DNA of 24,000 nt from the NCBI GenBank assembly GCA_964351635.1, contig CAYGOR010000001.1, forward strand, positions 9,086 through 33,085, read 5' to 3'. The first letter of the stretch is position 1; each line of letters starts with the position of its first letter. Of the stretch, positions 1 to 7,700 are shown piece after piece. A model generated the notes under the pieces. It worked only from the letters and a program-made list of their open reading frames with translations. It was not told the origin of the DNA and did not search any database. The translations under genes were made by a program, and so were the position numbers. Source of the DNA: an uncultured Candidatus Saccharibacteria bacterium. GTDB lineage: Bacteria > Patescibacteriota > Saccharimonadia > Saccharimonadales > SZUA-47.

Positions 1-321
1 CTTACAACCGTTGAAGCAGCACAGTCCGCCAAATCACGCCTAACTGACTCAGGCCTACTAATCAGCAATGTCATCTCGAAATATCCGGAGGGATATTTAC
101 AAAATGTTGTCGCCACCCAGCTAGAAGTCTTTGAAGATGTGATTGTGTTAACAGACGGCGACGAATTAATAAACGGCAGCAAGCAAAATTTTATAGTTAT
201 CGCTGGTAACAAGAGTGAATTACTGGGGTTAAGAGAGAAATTTCAAGCTGAACTAGTAACAGTCACGCCCACGAAAGTCCTAACTGATGATTTCGCCCCT
301 GTTGAACGGCTAACCTATTAG
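1..321 (+). CDS. C-terminal end of a CDS entering from upstream of the window. Product not identified. The tail ...KVLTDDFAPVERLTY is weakly reminiscent of spermidine-synthase-like proteins.
   Basis: Frame 1 is open from base 1 to TAG 319-321. The ORF track shows it only from an internal GTG at 139. There is no in-window start. Confidence 0.5.
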   Translation, partial: LTTVEAAQSAKSRLTDSGLLISNVISKYPEGYLQNVVATQLEVFEDVIVLTDGDELINGSKQNFIVIAGNKSELLGLREKFQAELVTVTPTKVLTDDFAPVERLTY

Positions 322-323
322 TT

Positions 324-995
324 CTAAAGCTTTTGTGCATACACAAGGGCGTGCACTTCTTTAGCGCCCATTTTCTTAAGAGCTTTAGCGGCGGCGGCAA
401 GCGATGCACCGGTCGTCATAACATCATCAATTATCAGCACTCTTTTGCCTTTTAGATTGGCGTTCATGGGCACAAATTCACCTTCCATTTGACGAATTCT
501 CTCTTGCCGCGTGGAGCCCAGCTGGCGGACATTTGTCTGGCGGAGAAGTAGTGGTTTTGCGCGCAACTTTCCTTGGTTCCTAGATAGTTGTTCGGCGAGC
601 AGCCTCGCGTGATCAAATCCTCGCATCCGAATGCGCGCAGGGGCAGTAGGGACCCATGTCAGAACATCAAAGTCGCTGACGGTCAGTATTTGGCTCATAA
701 GCTTAGAGATTGGCGTGCAGCCCTGCCTCTGTAAATCGAACTTGTAGGAATGAAGTAGCCGCTCTTCGAGTCCATCAAGAGTCGTAGCTACCGTTATAGT
801 CTTTATACCAAGCCAGCTTTGGCAACTTTTGCAGGTTCTTGACTTGTCTGACAATTTCTTGCACCCAGCGCAGCGCGGCGGGGGAGGAGAGCCAGCAGAT
901 AGAAAACAATAGTCGCACAGCGGTGAACCATTTTTCTGACAAGCTAAACACTCGTATGGCGCAATCGTTCCTACTAACGAATCTAGTAGTGACAT
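324..995 (-). CDS. comFC: ComF-family phosphoribosyltransferase-like protein (ComFC type)
   Basis: N-terminal Cys pairs (CLAC, CDYC, CAGC, CKSC), an RGFDHA motif and the PRPP-binding loop VLIIDDVMTTGASL. Start set at Met17 (ATG 995-993) because a perfect TATAAT (minus strand, 1007-1002) lies 6 nt upstream. The open frame extends to 1043. Confidence 0.8.
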   Translation of the reverse strand: MSLLDSLVGTIAPYECLACQKNGSPLCDYCFLSAGSPPPPRCAGCKKLSDKSRTCKSCQSWLGIKTITVATTLDGLEERLLHSYKFDLQRQGCTPISKLMSQILTVSDFDVLTWVPTAPARIRMRGFDHARLLAEQLSRNQGKLRAKPLLLRQTNVRQLGSTRQERIRQMEGEFVPMNANLKGKRVLIIDDVMTTGASLAAAAKALKKMGAKEVHALVYAQKL

Positions 996-1106
996 GCCCA
1001 GATTATATGACAGCTTTATTGTCCAAGCTAACATTGCGAGCACAAAAATTATACGCTCTACCTCTGTATGTTGTATAAATTGTGTTGTAAATAACCCCTC
1101 CTACTG

Positions 1107-1136
1107 TTGCTTGGCTCTTTACATAACCGCTATACT
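1107..1136 (+). promoter_or_regulatory. Candidate sigma70-type promoter of hsp20: TTGCTT (1107-1112), 18-nt spacer, TATACT (1131-1136)
   Basis: Hexamers read directly. They predict a ~115-nt leader before ATG 1258. Confidence 0.45.
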
Positions 1137-1162
1137 ATGAAGTAACACAAAAAGGGCTAAAG

Positions 1163-1209
1163 GAAGGGCGCATGAGTGGCTTAGCTAAGGCTTAGCGCAT
1201 GAGCCCTTC
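1163..1209 (+). promoter_or_regulatory. Palindromic element / leader hairpin upstream of hsp20
   Basis: GAAGGGC (1163-1169) pairs with GCCCTTC (1203-1209). Inside are overlapping palindromes CTTAGCTAAG (1180-1189) and GCTAAG-G-CTTAGC (1184-1196), plus a direct repeat of GCGCATGAG. Confidence 0.35.
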
Positions 1210-1257
1210 TACCAAACACCGATTATTACATTTACTTATAAGAGAGGGAAATAACTG

Positions 1258-1752
1258 ATGGCACGACGCAATCGCGATGAGGATTTGCTACTAGAAGATG
1301 AATTAACGGCTGCGTTTTTGGGCGATGAGATGGAACAGCCTCAGCCCAATGTAGTTGATGATATGGCTGCAGAAGAACCAGCTCAAGAGACACCTGCTGC
1401 TGATGAGTGGGATGAAGATGAAGCTGTGCCTGGCCAACTTGCTGTTGATGTATATGAGACCAAGGAGAAGTTAGTAGTCAAAGCTCGGACTGCAGGCGTT
1501 AACAAGAACGATTTAGACGTCAGTATAGCCGACAACACTCTAAGTATCCGCGGAACCCTATCAGCTGGCGCAGAAGAAGGCGTCGAGAACTATTTTGTGC
1601 AGGAATGCTACTGGGGAGAATTCAGCCGCAGTATTGCACTTCCTGTGCCTGTCAAAGAAGATGAGATAGAAGCTATGCTCAAAGACGGAGTGCTGACCAT
1701 TAGCTTCAACAAGCTAAAGCAAGACACGGTCAAGAAGATTACTGTTAACTAA
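1258..1752 (+). CDS. hsp20: Hsp20/alpha-crystallin family small heat-shock protein with a ~60-aa acidic N-terminal extension
   Basis: Alpha-crystallin-domain pattern LAVDVYETKEKLVVKARTAGVNKNDLDVSI...LSIRG...YWGEFSRSIALPVPV...DGVLTISF. A purine-rich SD (AGAGAGGGAA) precedes the ATG. Confidence 0.9.
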   Translation: MARRNRDEDLLLEDELTAAFLGDEMEQPQPNVVDDMAAEEPAQETPAADEWDEDEAVPGQLAVDVYETKEKLVVKARTAGVNKNDLDVSIADNTLSIRGTLSAGAEEGVENYFVQECYWGEFSRSIALPVPVKEDEIEAMLKDGVLTISFNKLKQDTVKKITVN

Positions 1753-1770
1753 TAGCAGCAATCCTAAACA

Positions 1771-1802
1771 AAAAATCGGCCTATGCATCACGGCCGATTT
1801 TT
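1771..1802. terminator. Bidirectional intrinsic terminator after hsp20
   Basis: AAAAATCGGCC (1771-1781) and GGCCGATTTTT (1792-1802) form an 11-bp perfect stem with a 10-nt loop. An A-run and a T-run flank it on the two sides. Confidence 0.7.
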
Positions 1803-1838
1803 TATTTGATTGATTCCCGTTTTAGTATTAGAGGAAAT

Positions 1839-1872
1839 AAAAAAGCCACCATATAAAGTTAGGTGGCTTTTT
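1839..1872. terminator. Bidirectional intrinsic terminator at the 3' end of the minus-strand pilin-like operon
   Basis: AAAAAAGCCACC (1839-1850) and GGTGGCTTTTT (1862-1872): GC core GCCACC/GGTGGC with an 11-nt loop, flanked by A6 and T5 runs. It lies 13 nt from the stop of the 1885-2337 gene. Confidence 0.65.
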
Positions 1873-1884
1873 CTACTTGTTTTA

Positions 1885-2337
1885 CTACGGAGTTGTGTCA
1901 GCTTGATTAAGGCGTCCAGTAACGAACCTAACGATTATCTGCGCAAGCGCTACTATGACAAGTCCAACTATTGCGTAGAGGATTGTATTCTTGGCATTTG
2001 TAACGTTCCCTGAGTCACCGTTGGATGTGATGTACCGTAGACCACCGATGATAATCATGATAACAGCAACTATACCGACTATAAGTGAGATAATGTTTAC
2101 AATAGTGGTGATGATATTGTTGAGCGTTCCAGCAGCTCCATCATCGCCTGCATCGCTTTCACAAGTAGCATCATCCGCATTTAGTGTAAAGTCCAGGTTG
2201 GCACCAGCACATAACTGGTTGTTTATGTTATCCCCGGCATCATCGCCGGCCGCACTTGCAACCGCAGGTATCAACGCTGGCGCTGCAAAACCTAGTGAGA
2301 GCAACATACTGGCTAAAATTCTTTTAAGTCTTATCAT
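1885..2337 (-). CDS. VirB2/TrbC-like T4SS pilin paralogue P6 (distal copy, with its own promoter and terminator)
   Basis: Signal peptide MIRLKRILASMLLSLGFAAPALIPAVASA, Cys-x15-Cys acidic loop, and the conserved hairpin IIGGLRYITSNGDSGNVTNAKNTILYAIVGLVIVALAQIIVRFV. ATG 2337 is preceded by AAGGAAG. The track start at 2379 is a TTG that overlaps the predicted -10. Confidence 0.75.
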   Translation of the reverse strand: MIRLKRILASMLLSLGFAAPALIPAVASAAGDDAGDNINNQLCAGANLDFTLNADDATCESDAGDDGAAGTLNNIITTIVNIISLIVGIVAVIMIIIGGLRYITSNGDSGNVTNAKNTILYAIVGLVIVALAQIIVRFVTGRLNQADTTP

Positions 2338-2367
2338 AGTTTCTTCCTTGTTATTTTGTTTAGTTAC

Positions 2368-2396
2368 TTTATACCACAAGCCTGTTGATTGCTCAA
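2368..2396 (-). promoter_or_regulatory. Internal promoter for P6: TTGAGC (2396-2391), 17-nt spacer, TGg-TATAAA (2376-2368)
   Basis: Read on the minus strand. The -35 starts right after the stop codon of P5. There is an extended -10 TG, and the predicted TSS near 2361 gives a ~24-nt leader carrying the SD. Confidence 0.5.
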
Positions 2397-2849
2397 TTAA
2401 TTTTGGTTCTGACCAGCATTTGGATTGGCAGGAACGGACTGTTGGACAGGTGGGTCCTTAGAGACTGTTGATACTACGTAGCGCACAATTACTTGGGCTA
2501 GGGCAATAATAACCAATCCAACGAGGGCGTAAATTATTGTGTTTCGAGCACTAGCAGTTGAACTGCTATCGCCGCTTGAAGTTACGTAGCGTATACCACC
2601 AACTATTAGCATAATGACGGCAATTACAGCACCTATTAACGACAATATGTTGATAACAGTCTCTATTGTAGAGCCTACTTTATTGCTATCTTCGTCAGCG
2701 TTATCCCCACATTCCTCTCCAGCAGCACCTAAACCAGCACAAATAGCATCTTTAGCATCTACGGCCATTACAGGTTGAGGCCCATTAACAAAAGCTAGTA
2801 GTCCTGTTAATAGCGTAAGGCTAACAAAAAATGATGCGATTTTTCTCAT
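2397..2849 (-). CDS. VirB2/TrbC-like T4SS pilin paralogue P5
   Basis: Signal peptide MRKIASFFVSLTLLTGLLAFVNGPQPVMA, Cys-x9-Cys acidic loop, and hairpin LIVGGIRYVTSSGDSSSTASARNTIIYALVGLVIIALAQVIVRYV. Its ATGA start overlaps the stop of P4. Confidence 0.75.
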   Translation of the reverse strand: MRKIASFFVSLTLLTGLLAFVNGPQPVMAVDAKDAICAGLGAAGEECGDNADEDSNKVGSTIETVINILSLIGAVIAVIMLIVGGIRYVTSSGDSSSTASARNTIIYALVGLVIIALAQVIVRYVVSTVSKDPPVQQSVPANPNAGQNQN

Positions 2850-3256
2850 AGGCGGTTCACTACAAATACTACTATAGTTCGGGCTAATGCGACAATTACT
2901 AATCCGACGGCTGAGTAGATAATGGCATTGCGTGAGTTCTGGACTTTGGTCGAATCACCTCCAGACAACGTCATCGTTATACCAGCAATGACGATTATAA
3001 TCACAGCTATGACCGCAGTAACTATCGCCAGTATATTAGCTACTCTCTCGATAATCCCGGTGCTGCCGACAATTGGATCATCATCGTTTTGGCCTTTGCT
3101 TGTTTCCTCGCAGGCAGGCGACTCTTTACGTTGATCGTCAGTCAAATCGTCACACACGTTACCTATTGGATTAAAGCTTTCTGCAGAGATATGAGCAGGG
3201 GCTATTGCACCCAATGGCAGGAACAACAAAACAAGCATGGCTACAAACTTCTTCAT
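2846..3256 (-). CDS. VirB2/TrbC-like T4SS pilin paralogue P4
   Basis: Signal peptide MKKFVAMLVLLFLPLGAIAPAHISA, Cys-x13-Cys acidic loop, and hairpin VIAGITMTLSGGDSTKVQNSRNAIIYSAVGLVIVALARTIVVFV. Its start abuts the stop of P3. Confidence 0.75.
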   Translation of the reverse strand: MKKFVAMLVLLFLPLGAIAPAHISAESFNPIGNVCDDLTDDQRKESPACEETSKGQNDDDPIVGSTGIIERVANILAIVTAVIAVIIIVIAGITMTLSGGDSTKVQNSRNAIIYSAVGLVIVALARTIVVFVVNRL

Positions 3257-3547
3257 CTAGACGCTCCCCGCAATGTAACGAACCAGTGTGAAAGCAAGAA
3301 CCGCTAAAACTAGCCCGACAGCAGCATAAATAATAGTATTCTTTGCCTTTGCAGCTTTATCAGCTTCACCACGACTGAGGACATACTGCATGCCTGCAAT
3401 CACGATAACTAGGAAGGCTATCCCGCCCATAACACCAAAAGCGAGCTCAAGAAGTATTTGCACTGTACCGCTGTCAGCGTTTGTTTTTGGTATATCTAGA
3501 TCGTTTGGGTCTATGTTAACTTGGCTGAAAAATTCTAGTAACTTCAT
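3257..3547 (-). CDS. VirB2/TrbC-like paralogue P3: minimal 96-aa copy with no signal peptide and no Cys
   Basis: It has the same hairpin (VIAGMQYVLSRGEADKAAKAKNTIIYAAVGLVLAVLAFTLVRYI) but a hydrophilic N-terminus, MKLLEFFSQVNIDPNDLDIPK. It abuts both neighbouring genes. Confidence 0.7.
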   Translation of the reverse strand: MKLLEFFSQVNIDPNDLDIPKTNADSGTVQILLELAFGVMGGIAFLVIVIAGMQYVLSRGEADKAAKAKNTIIYAAVGLVLAVLAFTLVRYIAGSV

Positions 3548-4321
3548 TTATCCAGTTATCCTCTCTGCTATAAAAGACACTACGCGGGCGGCAATCATGA
3601 CGATAACCAGTCCAATAGCCGCGTTTATAACCGTTTTGCGGGCACTGGCCGCCTTATCAGACTCTCCCTGGGACACTAGATACAGGAATGCACCCCAGAA
3701 GATCATAACGACCGCAGCTAATCCTGCTATCACCATCATAGCCTCTAAGACCGCCAGCCCAATTGGTAAGAAAGACATTACATCTACTTCTCCGTCAGCA
3801 TTTCTGCCTAGCACTGGTGTACATTTACCAGGTTCGCTGTCAGAGAAAATCGTTTTGTCTCTTTCACCGTCTAGGTACTTATACCAGGTCGGGATACCGA
3901 GAATTGACCTATCGACATCATCACACGGTTCTTTCACGATAGTAAAAGCCGGAAGTGGACTGAAGCTACGAGCTTCTGCTTTGCGACAATTCGAACCACA
4001 ATCTTCGTTGTATTGTCCTGGGTCAAAAGATTCACAATCTCGTGAACTATATTCACCAACTACCGCTCCTTGATTGCTGACGCTAACAGGCGCGATATAG
4101 CAGGCGCCGTTTGTAACTGCTAAATTAAACTCATCAGGGCATGTCACATCAGATATTGTTGTTATTGTTTCCTCACCAGTTGTTGTGCCGTAAACCTGGT
4201 AGCAGCCTGGTGATGCAGCATTAGCGGTTTCGCTTACACCAAAAAGGCCGATTGCTGAAAACAACAAGGTAGCTGTTGCCAAGACAATTTTAACTAAGCT
4301 CGATATTCTCGAAAAAATCAT
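3548..4321 (-). CDS. VirB2/TrbC-like paralogue P2 with a ~150-aa, 8-Cys extracellular insertion
   Basis: Signal peptide ...GVSETANA, then an ectodomain with 8 Cys, then hairpin IFWGAFLYLVSQGESDKAASARKTVINAAIGLVIVMIAARVVSFI. Its ATGA start overlaps P1. Confidence 0.7.
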   Translation of the reverse strand: MIFSRISSLVKIVLATATLLFSAIGLFGVSETANAASPGCYQVYGTTTGEETITTISDVTCPDEFNLAVTNGACYIAPVSVSNQGAVVGEYSSRDCESFDPGQYNEDCGSNCRKAEARSFSPLPAFTIVKEPCDDVDRSILGIPTWYKYLDGERDKTIFSDSEPGKCTPVLGRNADGEVDVMSFLPIGLAVLEAMMVIAGLAAVVMIFWGAFLYLVSQGESDKAASARKTVINAAIGLVIVMIAARVVSFIAERITG

Positions 4322-4707
4322 AAAACGCCTCCCGGAACTAAGAAGTTCAGCCCTGCATACATTACGATCAGTGTCAGAAGGGCGATTAATGCCCAGACTA
4401 TCCGTTTTCTAGCTGCTTCAATCTGGCCAGAGTTGTCTCGAGCGGTCATGTACTGGAGACCCGCTATCATTATCGAAGCCACAATCGCGATTCCGGCTAC
4501 AGCAGTCAGTAGGTTGATGCCCGTTACGATATAACTGATAATCTTACAGTTACCTTGATCCAGCTCTTCAGAAGGCCCGACTTCACAGTCGCTAGCCAGC
4601 CCGTTGCTCGCTACAGTATTATGGACTGAATAACTGCTCGCTTGTCCACTAGCCAACATAGGTGTTATGAAAAGCAAGGAAATAAAGTATGCCTTTAGTA
4701 ATTTCAT
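4318..4707 (-). CDS. VirB2/TrbC-like paralogue P1 (most divergent; first gene of the operon)
   Basis: Signal peptide MKLLKAYFISLLFITPMLASGQA, Cys-x12-Cys acidic loop, and hairpin MIAGLQYMTARDNSGQIEAARKRIVWALIALLTLIVMYAGLNFL. Confidence 0.65.
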   Translation of the reverse strand: MKLLKAYFISLLFITPMLASGQASSYSVHNTVASNGLASDCEVGPSEELDQGNCKIISYIVTGINLLTAVAGIAIVASIMIAGLQYMTARDNSGQIEAARKRIVWALIALLTLIVMYAGLNFLVPGGVL

Positions 4708-4793
4708 GATCTTGATGAGAAGTATAACAAAGAAGTTTAATGAAAATAATTAAATACCCCTATTTCACTGTAAAAAATGCTACTATTTAGCAT
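4708..4793. promoter_or_regulatory. AT-rich 86-bp divergent promoter region between the pilin operon (-) and the T4SS core operon (+)
   Basis: Minus strand: TGt-TATACT (4729-4721), 13 nt before ATG 4707. Plus strand: TGc-TACTAT (4778-4786), 7 nt before ATG 4794. Neither start has an SD. Confidence 0.45.
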
Positions 4794-7700
4794 ATGCATT
4801 TAATGTCTAGCTTTCGGAAATCTCTAAGGCCTATTTCTTTATTGCTCACCACTGGTTTGTTTTTCGCTTTGCTTTCAGCTCCTTCGATAGTCCATGCTTT
4901 TTCACAAAGCTCTAGTTTTAATAGTGCGGCAGTGTTTACGATTGAGAGTCTATCCTTCACTGCGACGGACGTGAGCAATCACGTAATCCATAACGATAAT
5001 CTCGAGAAATTAACTGGAGAGGGCACTCTAGATGCTGGACTTGCCAGCTTGAACCAACGCCTATCTGATGCAATGCCTATCGTGCTAGTGGATACAGATA
5101 TCACAGACCCAACACCTGACCTAGAGGCTCCAGGGCTCGGCAATGGTTGTGACGGGGGGCAAACAATCAAGCTTGAAAGAAAAAACGGTGATGAATGGCT
5201 ACTTACTGATTTGCATGTCGGGGCTAACGGAAACTGTGTTGACCTTCTCCAGGACAAAAATATTAAATTCTACGATAGCTCGCCCGCTGAAGCCAATATC
5301 GCGTTTGCTTTTATAGATAGCGAAACTATATCAATGGTAGATTCCGTAGGAAGTAGTAGTTATGGATTATTCCAACAAAACGATCCTGCCTTTCCTAACA
5401 CCTTTTATTCTGAGAGAGAAGGTCAATCAATTGAAGTGCTCAACCCTGGTACTGGAGGAACCTCATCGTTGCAATTATCTGCGGGGCTAACTCTTGACTT
5501 TAGTGATTCATCAGTGGGATCAGATCCAAAAGTAGCATTACTGTCTAGCACAGGGGAGCCGACTGCGATTGTAGGATCTGTGGGAGGTCCAAATGGTGGC
5601 GCAACTGCAGGCAACGTTGATTCCGCTCGAACATGTGATTCTGAAGGAGGAGAGTTCAGCTTCCTATTGTGTCCTATCCTAAGAGGCATAAATGAAGGTA
5701 TAGAACAGCTTGACCAAGAAATTGTTCAGAGTCTCGAAGTTAAAGACGATTATTACGAGTCTGACCGAACCAGGGCTATATGGGGGCGCATCCGAGACAT
5801 AGCCTACATACTACTAATACCAATCTTGCTCATAATGGTTATATCGACTGCGCTCGGATTCCAGTTCGTAGATGCCTATACCGTTAAAAGAGCGATGCCG
5901 CGCCTGTTGGCGGCTGTCATTTTTATGGCTCTTTCTTATGACATAGGAGTCCTGCTGATAGAAATATCTAATGGAGTTGGGGCTGGAATAGGCGGTATTA
6001 TAGCTGCACCTTTCGGGGGAGTTGATAACCTTCAGCTGCAAGATATTTTTGAAGTCAGTGGAGAAAACGATGTAACCGCACTATTCATCGGAGGCCCGCT
6101 AGCTGCTATTGGCGCCCTGACTGCATTATCGGCAGGGATATTAGGATCTTACTTACTAGTCTTTGCCTTAACTCTTGTAATCATTTTTGCACTGCTTGCA
6201 ATGAGGGAGCTGCTAATTATCGCCTTGCTTATTCTTGGTCCCCTAGCAATCTTATCCTGGATATTCCCAGGGAACGATAAACTCTGGAAGCTATGGTGGG
6301 GATCATTCTCTAAGCTAGTAATGATATACCCAATTATTGTTGGGATGATCGTTACAGGTAGGGCCTTTGCAGCACTGGTTAATGAATCGGTCGCTAGCGT
6401 ACCTACTGGTCCTATTGAGGGGATGTTCTTCGTAATAGTGAAGCTAACCGCCTACATCGGTCCGTATTTCTTCATCCTAGCTCTATTTAAATTTGCTGGT
6501 GGAGCCTTCTCAAACCTCGCTGGCATGGTCAACGACCGCGGAAAAGGTGTCTTCGACCGCCAGAAAAAATACCGCTCAGAAAAGCGTGGCCAACTAAGAA
6601 AAGATACGTTGGCAGGGAATAGATTCAAAGGTGCTAGAAAAGGCAGCATAGGGGATAGAATTAACAAGCGCGGCCTAAATGCGGGTGCAAGGATAGATGC
6701 TGTGAAGGCTGGCGGCGTGAAGAATGCCTACGGCGTAGGAGCTAGGGGGGCAGTTGAGGCCGCTAAAGAACGCAAAGCCCGTGATGAGGCTAAGCATGCA
6801 GCCGAAAACTTACAGCTGCAAGCTGAACTTAAAAACGATGACTTCGCCACAATGTTACAAATGATAATGGCAGGTGAAGATGAGCAAACTGTAAAAGACT
6901 ACCTGCGTAGTAAAGATTATAGTGCACCCTCAGTGGAGAAAAGTTATGCCCAGGCAGATGCTTTCCAGCGTGAATATGGATCCCATGCACTAGCAGGCAT
7001 GACGGTAACGGCAAAAGCTGCATCAAAAACTTCATATACTGGCGGTATTTCTGAAATGCTAGAAGACATAAAAGCACTAGCAGATAACGATGAGGCGCTT
7101 GCTATGAAAATGCTGGGTGAAGCTTCGGCAGCCGCTGCAGCAGCTGGTCGAAACGACCTTGGCGGCGGTAGCTACGGCGAAAAGGCAGGAATGCTCAAGT
7201 CTCTAATGCGAGGGGGGTCTTCGGTAGAATATACAGACGAACAAGGAGAAACGGGCACTGTATCCTATCAATCTGCTCAATATGTTAACGACAGGCAAAA
7301 CCAAAAAGTGCTTGACAGTTTAACCACCTATGATATGGCTCGTCTACACCCAACGGCAGCAAAGAATATTTCTCAAAGCTACCAAACTATGACCACTAAC
7401 GCTGCTGCGGCTGTACAATCAGCAAAGACACCAGAAGAACGTGAAGCAGCTATGCGGGCGCTGGGTCAAGTTACAGCGTCGTTTCAGAAGTTTAAGATGG
7501 ATGCTGCAACTTCGGGTAGCTCAGAGGTCGCACGTGTTGTAGCTAACGCATCAAATGAAGAATTCAAAGACATTTCACTGGAAATTGACGGACAAAGAAT
7601 TCAGACCACTGACCAACTTGTTGAGTACGCACAACAAGCTTCTCAAGCCAGTCAGCCAAGGCCTAGTCGCGATGCAGAAGGTCGTATAGAATACGAGGTC

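Noticed and set aside
839-1078. 79-aa plus-strand ORF overlapping comF
   Set aside because: It is antisense to a well-supported ComF-family gene. It has no RBS or promoter, and its composition is typical of an antisense frame.
1163-1209. CIRCE (HrcA) operator upstream of hsp20
   Set aside because: The element contains TTAGC and GAGTG fragments. It does not fit TTAGCACTC-N9-GAGTGCTAA in order or spacing. It also does not match the HAIR consensus CTTGAGT-N7-ACTCAAG.
1991-4073. Long plus-strand ORFs opposite the pilin-like genes: 1991-2461 (156 aa), 2922-3134, 3089-3307 and 3390-4073 (227 aa)
   Set aside because: These are shadow ORFs antisense to genes with clear signal peptides and conserved paralogous modules. 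Their translations are S/P/I/T-rich low-information strings with no start-site signals.
4787-5689. Minus-strand ORFs 4787-4978, 4979-5257 and 5423-5689 inside the VirB6-like gene
   Set aside because: They are antisense to a 1019-aa ORF with coherent signal peptide, TM and tail architecture. All are short and P/S-rich.
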